NCBI GenBank assembly: GCA_016931575.1
Contig: JAFGEO010000146.1
Coordinates: 55,728-119,727, forward strand
From: Bacteroidales bacterium
GTDB lineage: Bacteria; Bacteroidota; Bacteroidia; Bacteroidales; UBA10428
Direction: 5' to 3'
Length of the DNA stretch: 64,000 nt
Below, piece after piece: positions 40,871 to 49,785 of this stretch. The position numbers and the translations under genes were made by a program. Each line of letters begins with the position of its first letter. The stretch's first letter is position 1. The notes beneath the pieces are model-generated. The model was not told the origin of the DNA. It saw only the letters and a program-made list of their open reading frames with translations, and did not search any database.

Positions 40871-41380
40871 TTAGTTTTTACCGCCGTTTGTTCCACCCTG
40901 GTTATGCTGGTAGTTTTCACGTACCTGTTGCATCTGTCCTTCCTGAGTCTGCGTTCCGGTATTCTCGCGGTTTTGCTCGCGGACCTGGGTTTTCAGTTGC
41001 TCCTTATTCTGCTCTCCTGCCTGCTGACCTCCTGTCGCTTCACCTACCCGGTTTTGTTCCTGGTTCTGCACCTGGAGCATCTCGCGTTGTTCAACGGAAA
41101 GTGATTCTTCAAATGCCAGTTTCTTCTGTTCGCGGGTCATCTCCTGGTTCTCCAGAATTTCAATCTGCTCCTCGTTCAGAGAGGCTTTAAAGCGTTCCCG
41201 GTTCTGTGTCTGAACCATATTCTGGATCAACTCCTGTTCCTGGGTAGCTGTCTGGGTTTGTACCTGGTTCTGTTCCATCGTCTGAACCTGATCTTTTGTC
41301 TGTTCTTCCTGTGCGCTGACTACTCCTGATGTCAGGAATAATCCCATTGCTAAACTGAGTGTTAATGATAATGTTTTCAT
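40871..41380 (-). CDS. Secreted Gln/Glu-rich protein with SLxxEQ (LTxxQ-like) repeats
   Basis: Signal peptide MKTLSLTLSLAMGLFLTSGVVSA; FKASLNEEQ and FEESLSVEQ repeats; very Q-rich. Confidence 0.8.
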   Translation of the reverse strand: MKTLSLTLSLAMGLFLTSGVVSAQEEQTKDQVQTMEQNQVQTQTATQEQELIQNMVQTQNRERFKASLNEEQIEILENQEMTREQKKLAFEESLSVEQREMLQVQNQEQNRVGEATGGQQAGEQNKEQLKTQVREQNRENTGTQTQEGQMQQVRENYQHNQGGTNGGKN

Positions 41381-41439
41381 CTTATTTAAAATTACGTTAA
41401 ACAAAATTGTTTTTCTTCAGATCGTTCTTTATCATTAAA

Positions 41440-41465
41440 CCGAATGAAAATTTGTTTACCCTACC
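41440..41465 (-). promoter_or_regulatory. Candidate ECF-sigma promoter GGTAGGGTAAA-N9-ATTCGG upstream of the Q-rich gene
   Basis: Same motif and same spacing as at 43871-43896. Confidence 0.75.
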
Positions 41466-41766
41466 TTTTTTTTGAAAAAAAAGTTTTCTTGATTTTGCGA
41501 TAACGTAAGCCCGGATTCAGCGATAAAGGTAAGGGAAAAGAAAATAAGTAAGCATGATTATTCAGGAAGAAGCTTCTGCATGAAAATATTGTTGGTTATA
41601 CGATGCAGGGGAAAGTTATCACCCTAAGCCAAATTTATTGTTCACCCAGAGAATAATTTGCCCCTCATTAGCAGGCTACTGCCCTAATCCATTGCCCGTT
41701 GCCCCTTGGGGGCTTTTTTCCTGCATGTTTGAAAAGAAGGACAGCCCTGAATTGTAGCTCAGCATT

Positions 41767-41817
41767 CACCCTGAAAGGGTGAGATACCATAACCCAGGGC
41801 GTTGCCCCGGGCTATGG
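41767..41817. repeat. REP-like double-hairpin element
   Basis: CACCCTGAAAGGGTG plus CCATAACCCAGGGCGTTGCCCCGGGCTATGG; degenerate copies nearby (41690-41750). Confidence 0.55.
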
Positions 41818-41952
41818 GAACGGAGGTCCCCGGAGGTGCACGCACCATCCATCAATTATGTGATGACAATCCATGCACCGCACTGCCCACATTAACTCTG
41901 AGAGACTAAGGGCAGAAATAACCAGGTGAGTGCAGAGCGTGAGAGTCTATAC

Positions 41953-41988
41953 AAAAAAAAGGCCTGTGAGCATCTCCTCACAGGCCTT
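41953..41988 (-). terminator. Intrinsic terminator of the sigma/anti-sigma operon
   Basis: AAGGCCTGTGAG-N6-CTCACAGGCCTT stem with a U8 tract on the minus strand, 21 nt after the anti-sigma stop. Confidence 0.8.
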
Positions 41989-42009
41989 ATCTGTTTCCCT
42001 GGACCCGGA

Positions 42010-43335
42010 TCACATCCCCGGCCCCTTCCCGGAGCCCTGAGAGCCATTCCCGCCGGCATCCATATTCTCCTTATTTTCCTGCATCTGTTGCCGGAGGATC
42101 TCCTTATTCTGATTGCGGGCACCTTCGCGCGATTGCTCCTGCATCTGCATTTTCTGTTGGTCTTTAACTTCCCCTTCTGTTTGTGTGCCGCCAGTATTCC
42201 CCTGTGACATCCCTGCGCGTTCGGCATTCTGCTCCTGCAGCAATTCCAGCTGCCCGGGAGAAAGCGACTCCAGGAAAGCCTTCCTGATCTGCTCCCTGCT
42301 CATCTGCTTATCTTCGAGGATGCTGATTTGTTCGGGAGAAAGTGATGCCCGGAACCTGTCCTGAACCTGCCTGGTTTCTGATCCCTGCTTAGCTTCTGCA
42401 TTTTCCTTCGGTTGCTGCTCCCGGTTCCCAGACAATATTCCGGGCTGATCTTCGGTCTGCTGCCCTTGCCTGGCATTTTCCATTTCCCGTAAAGGGGTCT
42501 GTGCCGGCTCTTCCACGCTCTCTGCATCAGCTGTTCCCTGCATCACTTTTTCTTCTTCGTGCACACGGGTACTTTCCTGGTTTTTCGTTTTGATTTTTCC
42601 TGCTTCATTTTCCGGGACTTTAAGCTTTTCGACAGGCGTTGAGAGGATGTGGTCGATCTCCTCATTGATGATTTGCTCCCGGGTTTTATCCTGATTTTGC
42701 AGCTGCGGCTCAGAAGGGCGAACCACTTCGAGTTTATTATCCGACTTAAGGATGGCCTGCTGTCCTCCGGTAATTCTCACCCTGTTCCTGTGCGATGCAT
42801 CGACAACTTCCACCTTTCCGGATTCACAGGTCACATGATAATCACTTCCCCGGGAATAAACCAAAAAGCGGGTTCCCAAAACGGCGACTTCAGCTTTCTC
42901 CGAGATCACCCGGAAGTTTTTCCCATGCGTCACCTCGAACAGGCCTTCACCTTTTAAATGCACCTCCCGGAAAAACATCCATTTCAGGGGCTTGTAGGAC
43001 AGGTTTGATTCGCCATACAACTTAACCCTGGAATCATCCGGCAGCACCACCTCCTTTTCTTCCCCTGCAAGACTGACGATCTTCTTTGTATAGCTATTCA
43101 TGGCAGCAGCAAACCCGATAAACAAGACAAGTACAGCGGCGGCGGCATACCTGACCAACCGCATCGGAACGATCGCGCGGGCAGGCCGGGCACCTTTGTC
43201 CTCAATTTTTACCTCCATATCTGCCCAGATCTCTTCTTTCGTCCTGCTCCAGGCAATTCCGGAACCCGAAACCAGCTTCTCCAGATCCTGGTTCAATCCA
43301 GATAAATCTTCTCTGTTGTTTACGTCTTTTATCAT
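42010..43335 (-). CDS. FecR-family anti-sigma factor with an atypical Gln-rich C-terminal domain
   Basis: TM followed by LPDDSRVKL, LKGEGLFEV and VLGTRF FecR motifs; the C-terminal ~110 aa resemble the 40871..41380 protein. Confidence 0.88.
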   Translation of the reverse strand: MIKDVNNREDLSGLNQDLEKLVSGSGIAWSRTKEEIWADMEVKIEDKGARPARAIVPMRLVRYAAAAVLVLFIGFAAAMNSYTKKIVSLAGEEKEVVLPDDSRVKLYGESNLSYKPLKWMFFREVHLKGEGLFEVTHGKNFRVISEKAEVAVLGTRFLVYSRGSDYHVTCESGKVEVVDASHRNRVRITGGQQAILKSDNKLEVVRPSEPQLQNQDKTREQIINEEIDHILSTPVEKLKVPENEAGKIKTKNQESTRVHEEEKVMQGTADAESVEEPAQTPLREMENARQGQQTEDQPGILSGNREQQPKENAEAKQGSETRQVQDRFRASLSPEQISILEDKQMSREQIRKAFLESLSPGQLELLQEQNAERAGMSQGNTGGTQTEGEVKDQQKMQMQEQSREGARNQNKEILRQQMQENKENMDAGGNGSQGSGKGPGM

Positions 43336-43820
43336 GATTGATGCAATACTTTTTTAAAATAGCTCAAGGCGACATTCATTCGCTTTTCAACTGCTTTCAC
43401 GCTGATATTCAATCGGTCAGCAATTTCATGGTACTTCAGTCCTTCCATCCGCGAGAGTAGAAAAACGATGCGGTTTTTTTCACTTAAGCTGGCCAGGGCC
43501 TTCTTATAATTCTCATACAACTCCTTATGGCTTAACTCATCCTCCGGGGTAAGCTCAAGCTTATTGTTTTGTATGGAATTCCGATAGTTCATTTCAAGAG
43601 TCGATCTTCTGTATTTGCTGATGTACATATCTGTGGCCATTTTATACAGTAGCCTGATCGCTGTTTTCGGATCAACTTCCAGCTGCTTTTCCCATACGCG
43701 CAGAAAAACATCCTGGGCCAGATCCGAGGCTTCTTCCATCCCTGCACCCCTGTAAAACAGGTAGCTACGCACGGAATCGAAGCAGGAATCAAATAACAAC
43801 TTAAATTCTTCTCTTGTCAA
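43332..43820 (-). CDS. ECF RNA polymerase sigma-70 factor
   Basis: DLAQDVFLRVWE and VFLLSRMEGLKYHEIADRLNISVKAVEKRM; TTG start; stop overlaps the anti-sigma start. Confidence 0.93.
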   Translation of the reverse strand: MTREEFKLLFDSCFDSVRSYLFYRGAGMEEASDLAQDVFLRVWEKQLEVDPKTAIRLLYKMATDMYISKYRRSTLEMNYRNSIQNNKLELTPEDELSHKELYENYKKALASLSEKNRIVFLLSRMEGLKYHEIADRLNISVKAVEKRMNVALSYFKKVLHQS

Positions 43821-43870
43821 AGCTCAAATCACTTAAGTTAAATTCTCTTCTAAATTTAACTATTTAATAT

Positions 43871-43896
43871 CCGAATAGAAATGGTTTTACCCTACC
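43871..43896 (-). promoter_or_regulatory. Candidate autoregulatory ECF-sigma promoter GGTAGGGTAAA-N9-ATTCGG
   Basis: Second copy of the 41440-41465 motif, about 50 nt upstream of the sigma start. Confidence 0.75.
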
Positions 43897-44103
43897 TGGT
43901 GTGCAAAAAAATTACAGAAATGTTTCCAAGCCGAAAACATTGACTTAATACTTCCCATTCTGGAGGAGGAGACTGAAATCCCTCATCAGGGAACTGCCAA
44001 ATACAAGGTAGTCATGATTCATGCCTTTCCGATGAAGGTGGGATCCGGCCAGATCTCGAAGGTAATCAGAATGGAGCAATAGCTCCTTTTGGGGCATCCC
44101 CAA

Positions 44104-47100
44104 CTATTCCCTACCCGTCAACAAATATTTTGCATGGTGAATACTTCCACCCTGGCTTTCAATGCTGATAAAATAGATGCCACTCGTTAAGTGACTGATA
44201 TTGATTGGACTCCTATCTGAAGCCTCGAGGTCCTGGATATAGACCACCCGATGATTAATGTCGGTAATGCGCAGTACTCCTCCCCGGAAACTTTGACTAT
44301 ATAGAATATTCAGCAAGCCTTGACCTGGATTCGGATAGATTACCGGCTCTGTATTGCTAAGCGTGTTTAGATCGCTAAAAATGATATGAAACTCTTCTCC
44401 ATAGGCTGTACCCAGACTATTTGTCACAAAACTCCTGAAGTAGATCCCGGAACCAATTTCAATCTCCGTAGGATAAATAGTATCCTCAAAATTCCCTTCT
44501 CCGGTTCCGAGAGTGATGACATGATCACTCAGATCGGGATTCCGGTTATAATTATGGCAAAGACCTCTTACTGCATCCGGTTCGCCCCCATGCGAAATAA
44601 CCCGACCAAATACCAGGATATCATCATAGTCCAAAAGATCATAGCTCAGTGTGCTGACTTCCGGGAGAACGGGATTAACCTGCATGATCCGGCTAACCGG
44701 AACTGCTGCAAGAATGGTATCATTACCCGCCTGTTCAGCTGTGATGGTGCAGATGCCGGCCAGCTGGGGCTCAAGCATCCTATCCGGGCCGACTAGGGCA
44801 ATAGCTTCATCCGATGAAGTTAGAGCGATCTCAAGTCCAAAATTACTTTCAGTGGAGAGCGCAAAACTTTCAGATCCGTAATTCACCGGTGAAATGGAGT
44901 CGAACTGAATACTTTGCAGATGCTTCCTTACAAAAGATGACTCAACTGAAAAGTCAGAGTAGCGGCCTGAAGCATCAACAGACTGAACACCCCAGGAATA
45001 AGTACCCGGCGTCAGGGAATCGATGATAAAATAATTCAGGGCCGAACCAGTGTTATGCTGGTTGCAAAGCTTCTGGAAGCCGCTGACACCTGCCAATGGC
45101 GAGACAATGTAAGTGTCACTTCCGTCCGCCCTTATATAAACATGGTAATTTATTCCGTTCCCGGAATTGAGATCATCCGTTGCAGGTTCCCAGCTCAGGG
45201 TCATCTTTACATCCTCCTGGGTATATTCCAGACCATCCGGAACAGAAGGCGGCAGGTTCGTCTTTGTGGTTTTGTTTTCCATGATGTAGCAAACGGGGGT
45301 GTTCTGAGCGATCAAGCCCGACAGGAATACATCCTGATCCCCATCCTTATCATAGTCTGCCACTGCTGCGGAAGTCCAGTCGAGTGGCATTACCTGAACA
45401 CTTTCATCCAAGGTAAAGCTGTGATCATCGTTCTGAGCATAAAATGCTGCGGTGCGCTGATCAAATGCCTGTTCCCCGGAAAGAATAATATCCACGAGGC
45501 CATCCTGATTAAAATCGGTCCATTTGACATCCCCATTGCTGATTTCCCTATCCGTCAGATTCAGGTATTCTGAAAAATTGCCGTTACCATCATTCTGATA
45601 GATACAGGATTTCCTGACCTGGGGCTCCAGTGCAATAAGACCGGTGATTATGAGGTCGGGGTCCCCATCCTCATCCATATCTGCCCAGTCGGATTTCCCC
45701 TCCAGAAAATTATCAATCCCTGAATCAGTAATCCGTTCGAAGGATTCTCCACCCTGATTGATGTACAATTCAGTCAGCGGTACGTTATCTGTTGCCTCAC
45801 CGCTGAGGAGCAGATCGGTAAAGCCATCACTGTTTACATCGCATAAGCTGATAGTCGACTGGCTAAGCTGCGAAAAATCAACTTGCTGGTTCTCCCCAAA
45901 AACACCCCCTCCCAGGTTCCGGAACAATTTTGTTGTTCTCTCTCCCGCGGTAGTATTCATACCAGTAAGGATCACATCCATGCGCCCATCCCGGTCATAA
46001 TCCAGGATTGCGATCTCACCATACACCGTGGCCGGAATTTCAACACCTTCCAGGCGGGAGAAATTGGAAGCCCCGTCATTCAGGAAGATCTGGGCATACT
46101 CATCATCGGTCGCTCCACTGATCAGGATATCGGCATCATTGTCCCCGTCCAGGTCAGCAATTGCAAAATCGCCATCCATAAATGCAGGCAGTCCGGCATC
46201 CTCCTTCTCCGGGAATTCATTCTCCGTATTCAGATACACTGATAATCTGGTACCAAATAAAGCTTGCGAACCATAGGTCAGCAGGTCCATATCATCATCG
46301 TTATCCAGGTCAGCCCAAAGGTTTTTCCCGTTAAAGGTTGCGGGAATACTTGCGGGAACATAGGTATTAAAAAGATCTGTTTTGAATTCCAGGGAGTTTT
46401 CGGTTGACAGGCTTGTGAGGTATTTCTCCATGCCCATGCTGCCATTAACTTCCATTACAACTACTGAATAGCTCTCATTTGCAACCAGATTGCTTACTAC
46501 AACACTGTCATCCTGGCCAGCATAAACGCAATAGAAACCGGATCCGTCAATTGCTGATCCATTGCCAAAGCTGTTATCAGCTGTGTAATGAGTATCGTCC
46601 ATTGGAATTGCTGGTTCAACGGTACCTTCAGCCATGAATACGATCCGCTGTTCACCATCGCCAGTGGTAAATCTGATCAGGGTAGAGTCGGCTGAATTTG
46701 CAGCTATGGTCAGCTGACTGGTTTGAATGGTGGGTGGGTTCACCGCAATATTCAAAGTTTGAAATCCGGCAAATTCCGATCCTCTGAACCCATTGTCAAC
46801 CGTTTGTACGCTCCAGATATAGGAACCGGAAAGCGGTTTCGGAAACACAAATACCGTATCCATCCCGGCATTTCCATGTTCAACCGTTTTTAGGAATCCG
46901 GTATGGAAATCCGCGTGAGGGTGCACCATTTTTCCGGTATCACCCACAACTCCAAGAATGATATTATAGGTCAGAGAACCTTCCGGAGTAAGATCATCGG
47001 TAGCCGGAGACCAGGTAAAGGTGATGGCAGTATCGCCGAGCTCAGCATTCAAATTCAAGGGTGGCAGGGGATCCGCATTTTTTACAACAATATTATTTAC

Positions 47101-48222
47101 AAACATCCTTCCAAAGTTGGATCCGGCCACAAAAGCATCCATATCTCCGTCGTTGCTATAATCTGCCCAATCGATGCTCCCATAGATAAAATCGTTTATG
47201 AAATCGGGTTGCCGGGTAAAGGTGCCATCCTGATTATTTTTAAATACCTCGCCATGGTAGGTAAAATATTTATCCATCCCTCCGATCAGCACATCGGGAT
47301 AGCCGTCATTATCGTACTCGCCCCAGCAGATATCCCCGCGGGCAACCCCAAAGTTTGTGAAAGAATCCATTTCAAAGCTGTTATCCGTATTGATATAAAG
47401 CCAAATACCTATTGAATCGGCTTGTCCGGACTGGAGCAGATCAAAATCCCCGTCGCGGTCGTAATCGCTGAATTCAATAGAAGCATATTGCGTTTGTTTC
47501 AGCCCTGCAGACAGGGGAGTAAAACTTTTATCCCCGGCATTCAGGTAAATATCAGCCACCGGATTATTCATGCTGTAACCTGCCAGGGCAATATCAGGAA
47601 ATCCGTCCCCGTTGAGGTCGGTAAAATCGATATCCCCATAGGAAATTCCGGGCAGATTGTGCCCGGCAATCTCAGCAAACTGGTCATCTCCGAGGTTTTC
47701 ATAGATCCTGAACACCCTTCCAACCACCAGGGCATCCCCGGTAAGGAACAGGTCCAGATCGCCATCGCGGTCGATATCCGACCAACCCACCGAACCATTG
47801 GCAAAAGCGGTCAGTTCAAGCTGATCCAGCCAGGTAAATGTGCTGTCCCCGTTATTTCTGTATATCCTTGAAAACCTGTTAAGCAGGGTATCCTGTCCTG
47901 ACACTGCCAGGTCGAGGTACCCATCCCGGTTATAATCGCCCCACTTCACGGCACATTTGGACAGGCCTTTGAACTGAGCTTTCTCTTCATAGGTAAAGGT
48001 ATTCCCACCGTCGTTTCTGTAAATCCTGGTAATCGGGTAACCGCCTTGCAGGGCACCGGAGACAAGCACGTCAATTTTGCCATCGTTGTTATAATCCCCC
48101 CAGTCGGAATCGGCTTCATAAACCGCCGGATAGGATAATACATTGAAGTTATTGTTGATCTGACCTTTTACGAGAATGAAGGAGAAAGCCAAGGTGAGTA
48201 GAACTGAACCGATGTGTCGCAT
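44104..48222 (-). CDS. Large T9SS-secreted FG-GAP/VCBS-repeat protein with Fn3-like domains
   Basis: Many (W)GDYNxDGxxD repeats in two blocks, each followed by an Fn3-like segment; IYPNPG...GIYFISI tail; signal peptide. Confidence 0.88.
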   Translation of the reverse strand: MRHIGSVLLTLAFSFILVKGQINNNFNVLSYPAVYEADSDWGDYNNDGKIDVLVSGALQGGYPITRIYRNDGGNTFTYEEKAQFKGLSKCAVKWGDYNRDGYLDLAVSGQDTLLNRFSRIYRNNGDSTFTWLDQLELTAFANGSVGWSDIDRDGDLDLFLTGDALVVGRVFRIYENLGDDQFAEIAGHNLPGISYGDIDFTDLNGDGFPDIALAGYSMNNPVADIYLNAGDKSFTPLSAGLKQTQYASIEFSDYDRDGDFDLLQSGQADSIGIWLYINTDNSFEMDSFTNFGVARGDICWGEYDNDGYPDVLIGGMDKYFTYHGEVFKNNQDGTFTRQPDFINDFIYGSIDWADYSNDGDMDAFVAGSNFGRMFVNNIVVKNADPLPPLNLNAELGDTAITFTWSPATDDLTPEGSLTYNIILGVVGDTGKMVHPHADFHTGFLKTVEHGNAGMDTVFVFPKPLSGSYIWSVQTVDNGFRGSEFAGFQTLNIAVNPPTIQTSQLTIAANSADSTLIRFTTGDGEQRIVFMAEGTVEPAIPMDDTHYTADNSFGNGSAIDGSGFYCVYAGQDDSVVVSNLVANESYSVVVMEVNGSMGMEKYLTSLSTENSLEFKTDLFNTYVPASIPATFNGKNLWADLDNDDDMDLLTYGSQALFGTRLSVYLNTENEFPEKEDAGLPAFMDGDFAIADLDGDNDADILISGATDDEYAQIFLNDGASNFSRLEGVEIPATVYGEIAILDYDRDGRMDVILTGMNTTAGERTTKLFRNLGGGVFGENQQVDFSQLSQSTISLCDVNSDGFTDLLLSGEATDNVPLTELYINQGGESFERITDSGIDNFLEGKSDWADMDEDGDPDLIITGLIALEPQVRKSCIYQNDGNGNFSEYLNLTDREISNGDVKWTDFNQDGLVDIILSGEQAFDQRTAAFYAQNDDHSFTLDESVQVMPLDWTSAAVADYDKDGDQDVFLSGLIAQNTPVCYIMENKTTKTNLPPSVPDGLEYTQEDVKMTLSWEPATDDLNSGNGINYHVYIRADGSDTYIVSPLAGVSGFQKLCNQHNTGSALNYFIIDSLTPGTYSWGVQSVDASGRYSDFSVESSFVRKHLQSIQFDSISPVNYGSESFALSTESNFGLEIALTSSDEAIALVGPDRMLEPQLAGICTITAEQAGNDTILAAVPVSRIMQVNPVLPEVSTLSYDLLDYDDILVFGRVISHGGEPDAVRGLCHNYNRNPDLSDHVITLGTGEGNFEDTIYPTEIEIGSGIYFRSFVTNSLGTAYGEEFHIIFSDLNTLSNTEPVIYPNPGQGLLNILYSQSFRGGVLRITDINHRVVYIQDLEASDRSPINISHLTSGIYFISIESQGGSIHHAKYLLTGRE

Positions 48223-48294
48223 TATGAATACAGTTTTGGGGACATAAGTTCTTACTCGATATGGTTTAAAAATGTTTCATCAAACAGGGAGAAA

Positions 48295-49575
48295 TCATCG
48301 GTTTACGGCAGCCATTTTGGATTGGTCGGATTTTCTCAGCAAAGCTTTGACAATCAGAATAAACAAGCCTGTAAGCAGCAGGTTTAATGCCAGCGACAGC
48401 ATAGCCACCGTAACAATCAGCCCCCCAATCCCATACGACATGGAGATGATGAGTACCCCGGCACCCACTTCCCCTCGGGGAAACATGGCAATGGCCACCG
48501 CCAGCCGTTCACGCCAGGGTGCTTCATTCCGGTATACAAAGGCAGGTACAATCTTTCCGATGTTGCTTAACAAGGTAACGATCAGGACATGAACAAAAAC
48601 AATCCCCCATTCAAATGTTTGCCTGGCTTCCGGTACAATGCCGGCAGCATCACTGCCCTTAACGTAAGCCCCTGCCAGGTCCCTGTCTATCTGCAAGACC
48701 TTCAGGTAGTCATTGGAAACACCTTCCAATACGGGCATGGACAGTCCAACCAGCATCATAAATACTGCAGATACAATGAATGCTACGTTCTTTTCACTTT
48801 TATGCTCCAGAAGATCTTCTTCCTTCCCGTCGCTTGTTTTCATCCTGTTATGGCGTTTTGAGATCATGGTCCCCAAGACAAAAGCAGGGAGCAATACTTC
48901 AATGTGGACCCCAACCGTTTCATCCATGATCTTGCTGGTGAAATAAACCAGTTCGGCAACCCCTGCGATGAGCACAGCATATATCAGTACGTTCTTCCAA
49001 CGGACAGACATTCTGAGTTTATCCAGGTATTTCCAGGCAAGCCAGATCTGAATAAACATAATTACTGCAATGATCAACAGCTGCACCTTAAATCCTATAA
49101 CCAGCATTTGGAGGGGGATCATCAGAATTACCGTATCCAGGTCATCAAAAATTGCCAGGATCCTGGTTTTCTTAAACATCCAGGTACCTGCCAATCCTGC
49201 AGCTGCCAGCATCGAAAAGAGAACGCCAGCAGAGGTAGGGGCTGAGAAACGCGCAGCCAGTATGGATTCAACCCAGGTTTGCCCATCGCGGGAACCTGCG
49301 GGAGTTAAAACAAAAACAAAATACAGGCTGATAAATATCCAGGGTAAAGTTGCGGAAGTGAAGGCAATCAGGTAATCATAGCCATATTCCCTGAGCTTTT
49401 CTTTCCTGATCTCAAATTCATACCCCACGTGGATCATGATAAAAGCCAGGGATATCATGGTGGCAATTTTGATCACATGGTGTAACTCACCATAGTCAGG
49501 GATGATAAAAGGTAGAATTTGCGACAATCCCAGGCCGGCCACTAACAGAATGGATAAGAGGTATACTTTTTTCAT
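48295..49575 (-). CDS. Cation:proton antiporter (Na+/H+ exchanger family)
   Basis: About 12 TM helices; APTSAGV, AIFDDL and PRGEVG CPA motifs. Confidence 0.85.
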   Translation of the reverse strand: MKKVYLLSILLVAGLGLSQILPFIIPDYGELHHVIKIATMISLAFIMIHVGYEFEIRKEKLREYGYDYLIAFTSATLPWIFISLYFVFVLTPAGSRDGQTWVESILAARFSAPTSAGVLFSMLAAAGLAGTWMFKKTRILAIFDDLDTVILMIPLQMLVIGFKVQLLIIAVIMFIQIWLAWKYLDKLRMSVRWKNVLIYAVLIAGVAELVYFTSKIMDETVGVHIEVLLPAFVLGTMISKRHNRMKTSDGKEEDLLEHKSEKNVAFIVSAVFMMLVGLSMPVLEGVSNDYLKVLQIDRDLAGAYVKGSDAAGIVPEARQTFEWGIVFVHVLIVTLLSNIGKIVPAFVYRNEAPWRERLAVAIAMFPRGEVGAGVLIISMSYGIGGLIVTVAMLSLALNLLLTGLFILIVKALLRKSDQSKMAAVNR

Positions 49576-49785
49576 ACGCTTGATAGTTCAGGTTTAAAGC
49601 TTTTTGAACCGTTTTAAAATTCTTTCAGGTTATAACAAGCTCCGTTAGCCTTTGTTTAGCAAATGCGGACCATTGTTAAACAGCATTGCAGGAGTAACTG
49701 CAACTTAGTTGATATCCTTCCCCCTTCCGGGATCCGGGAGGGGTTGTGATATTTTCAGGTCTTGCCCAGACTGGAAGACAGCCGG

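Noticed and set aside
44104-48222. Repetitive DNA as a CRISPR array or tandem repeat
   Set aside because: The repeats are degenerate protein-level FG-GAP motifs; no identical repeat-spacer pattern was seen anywhere in the window.
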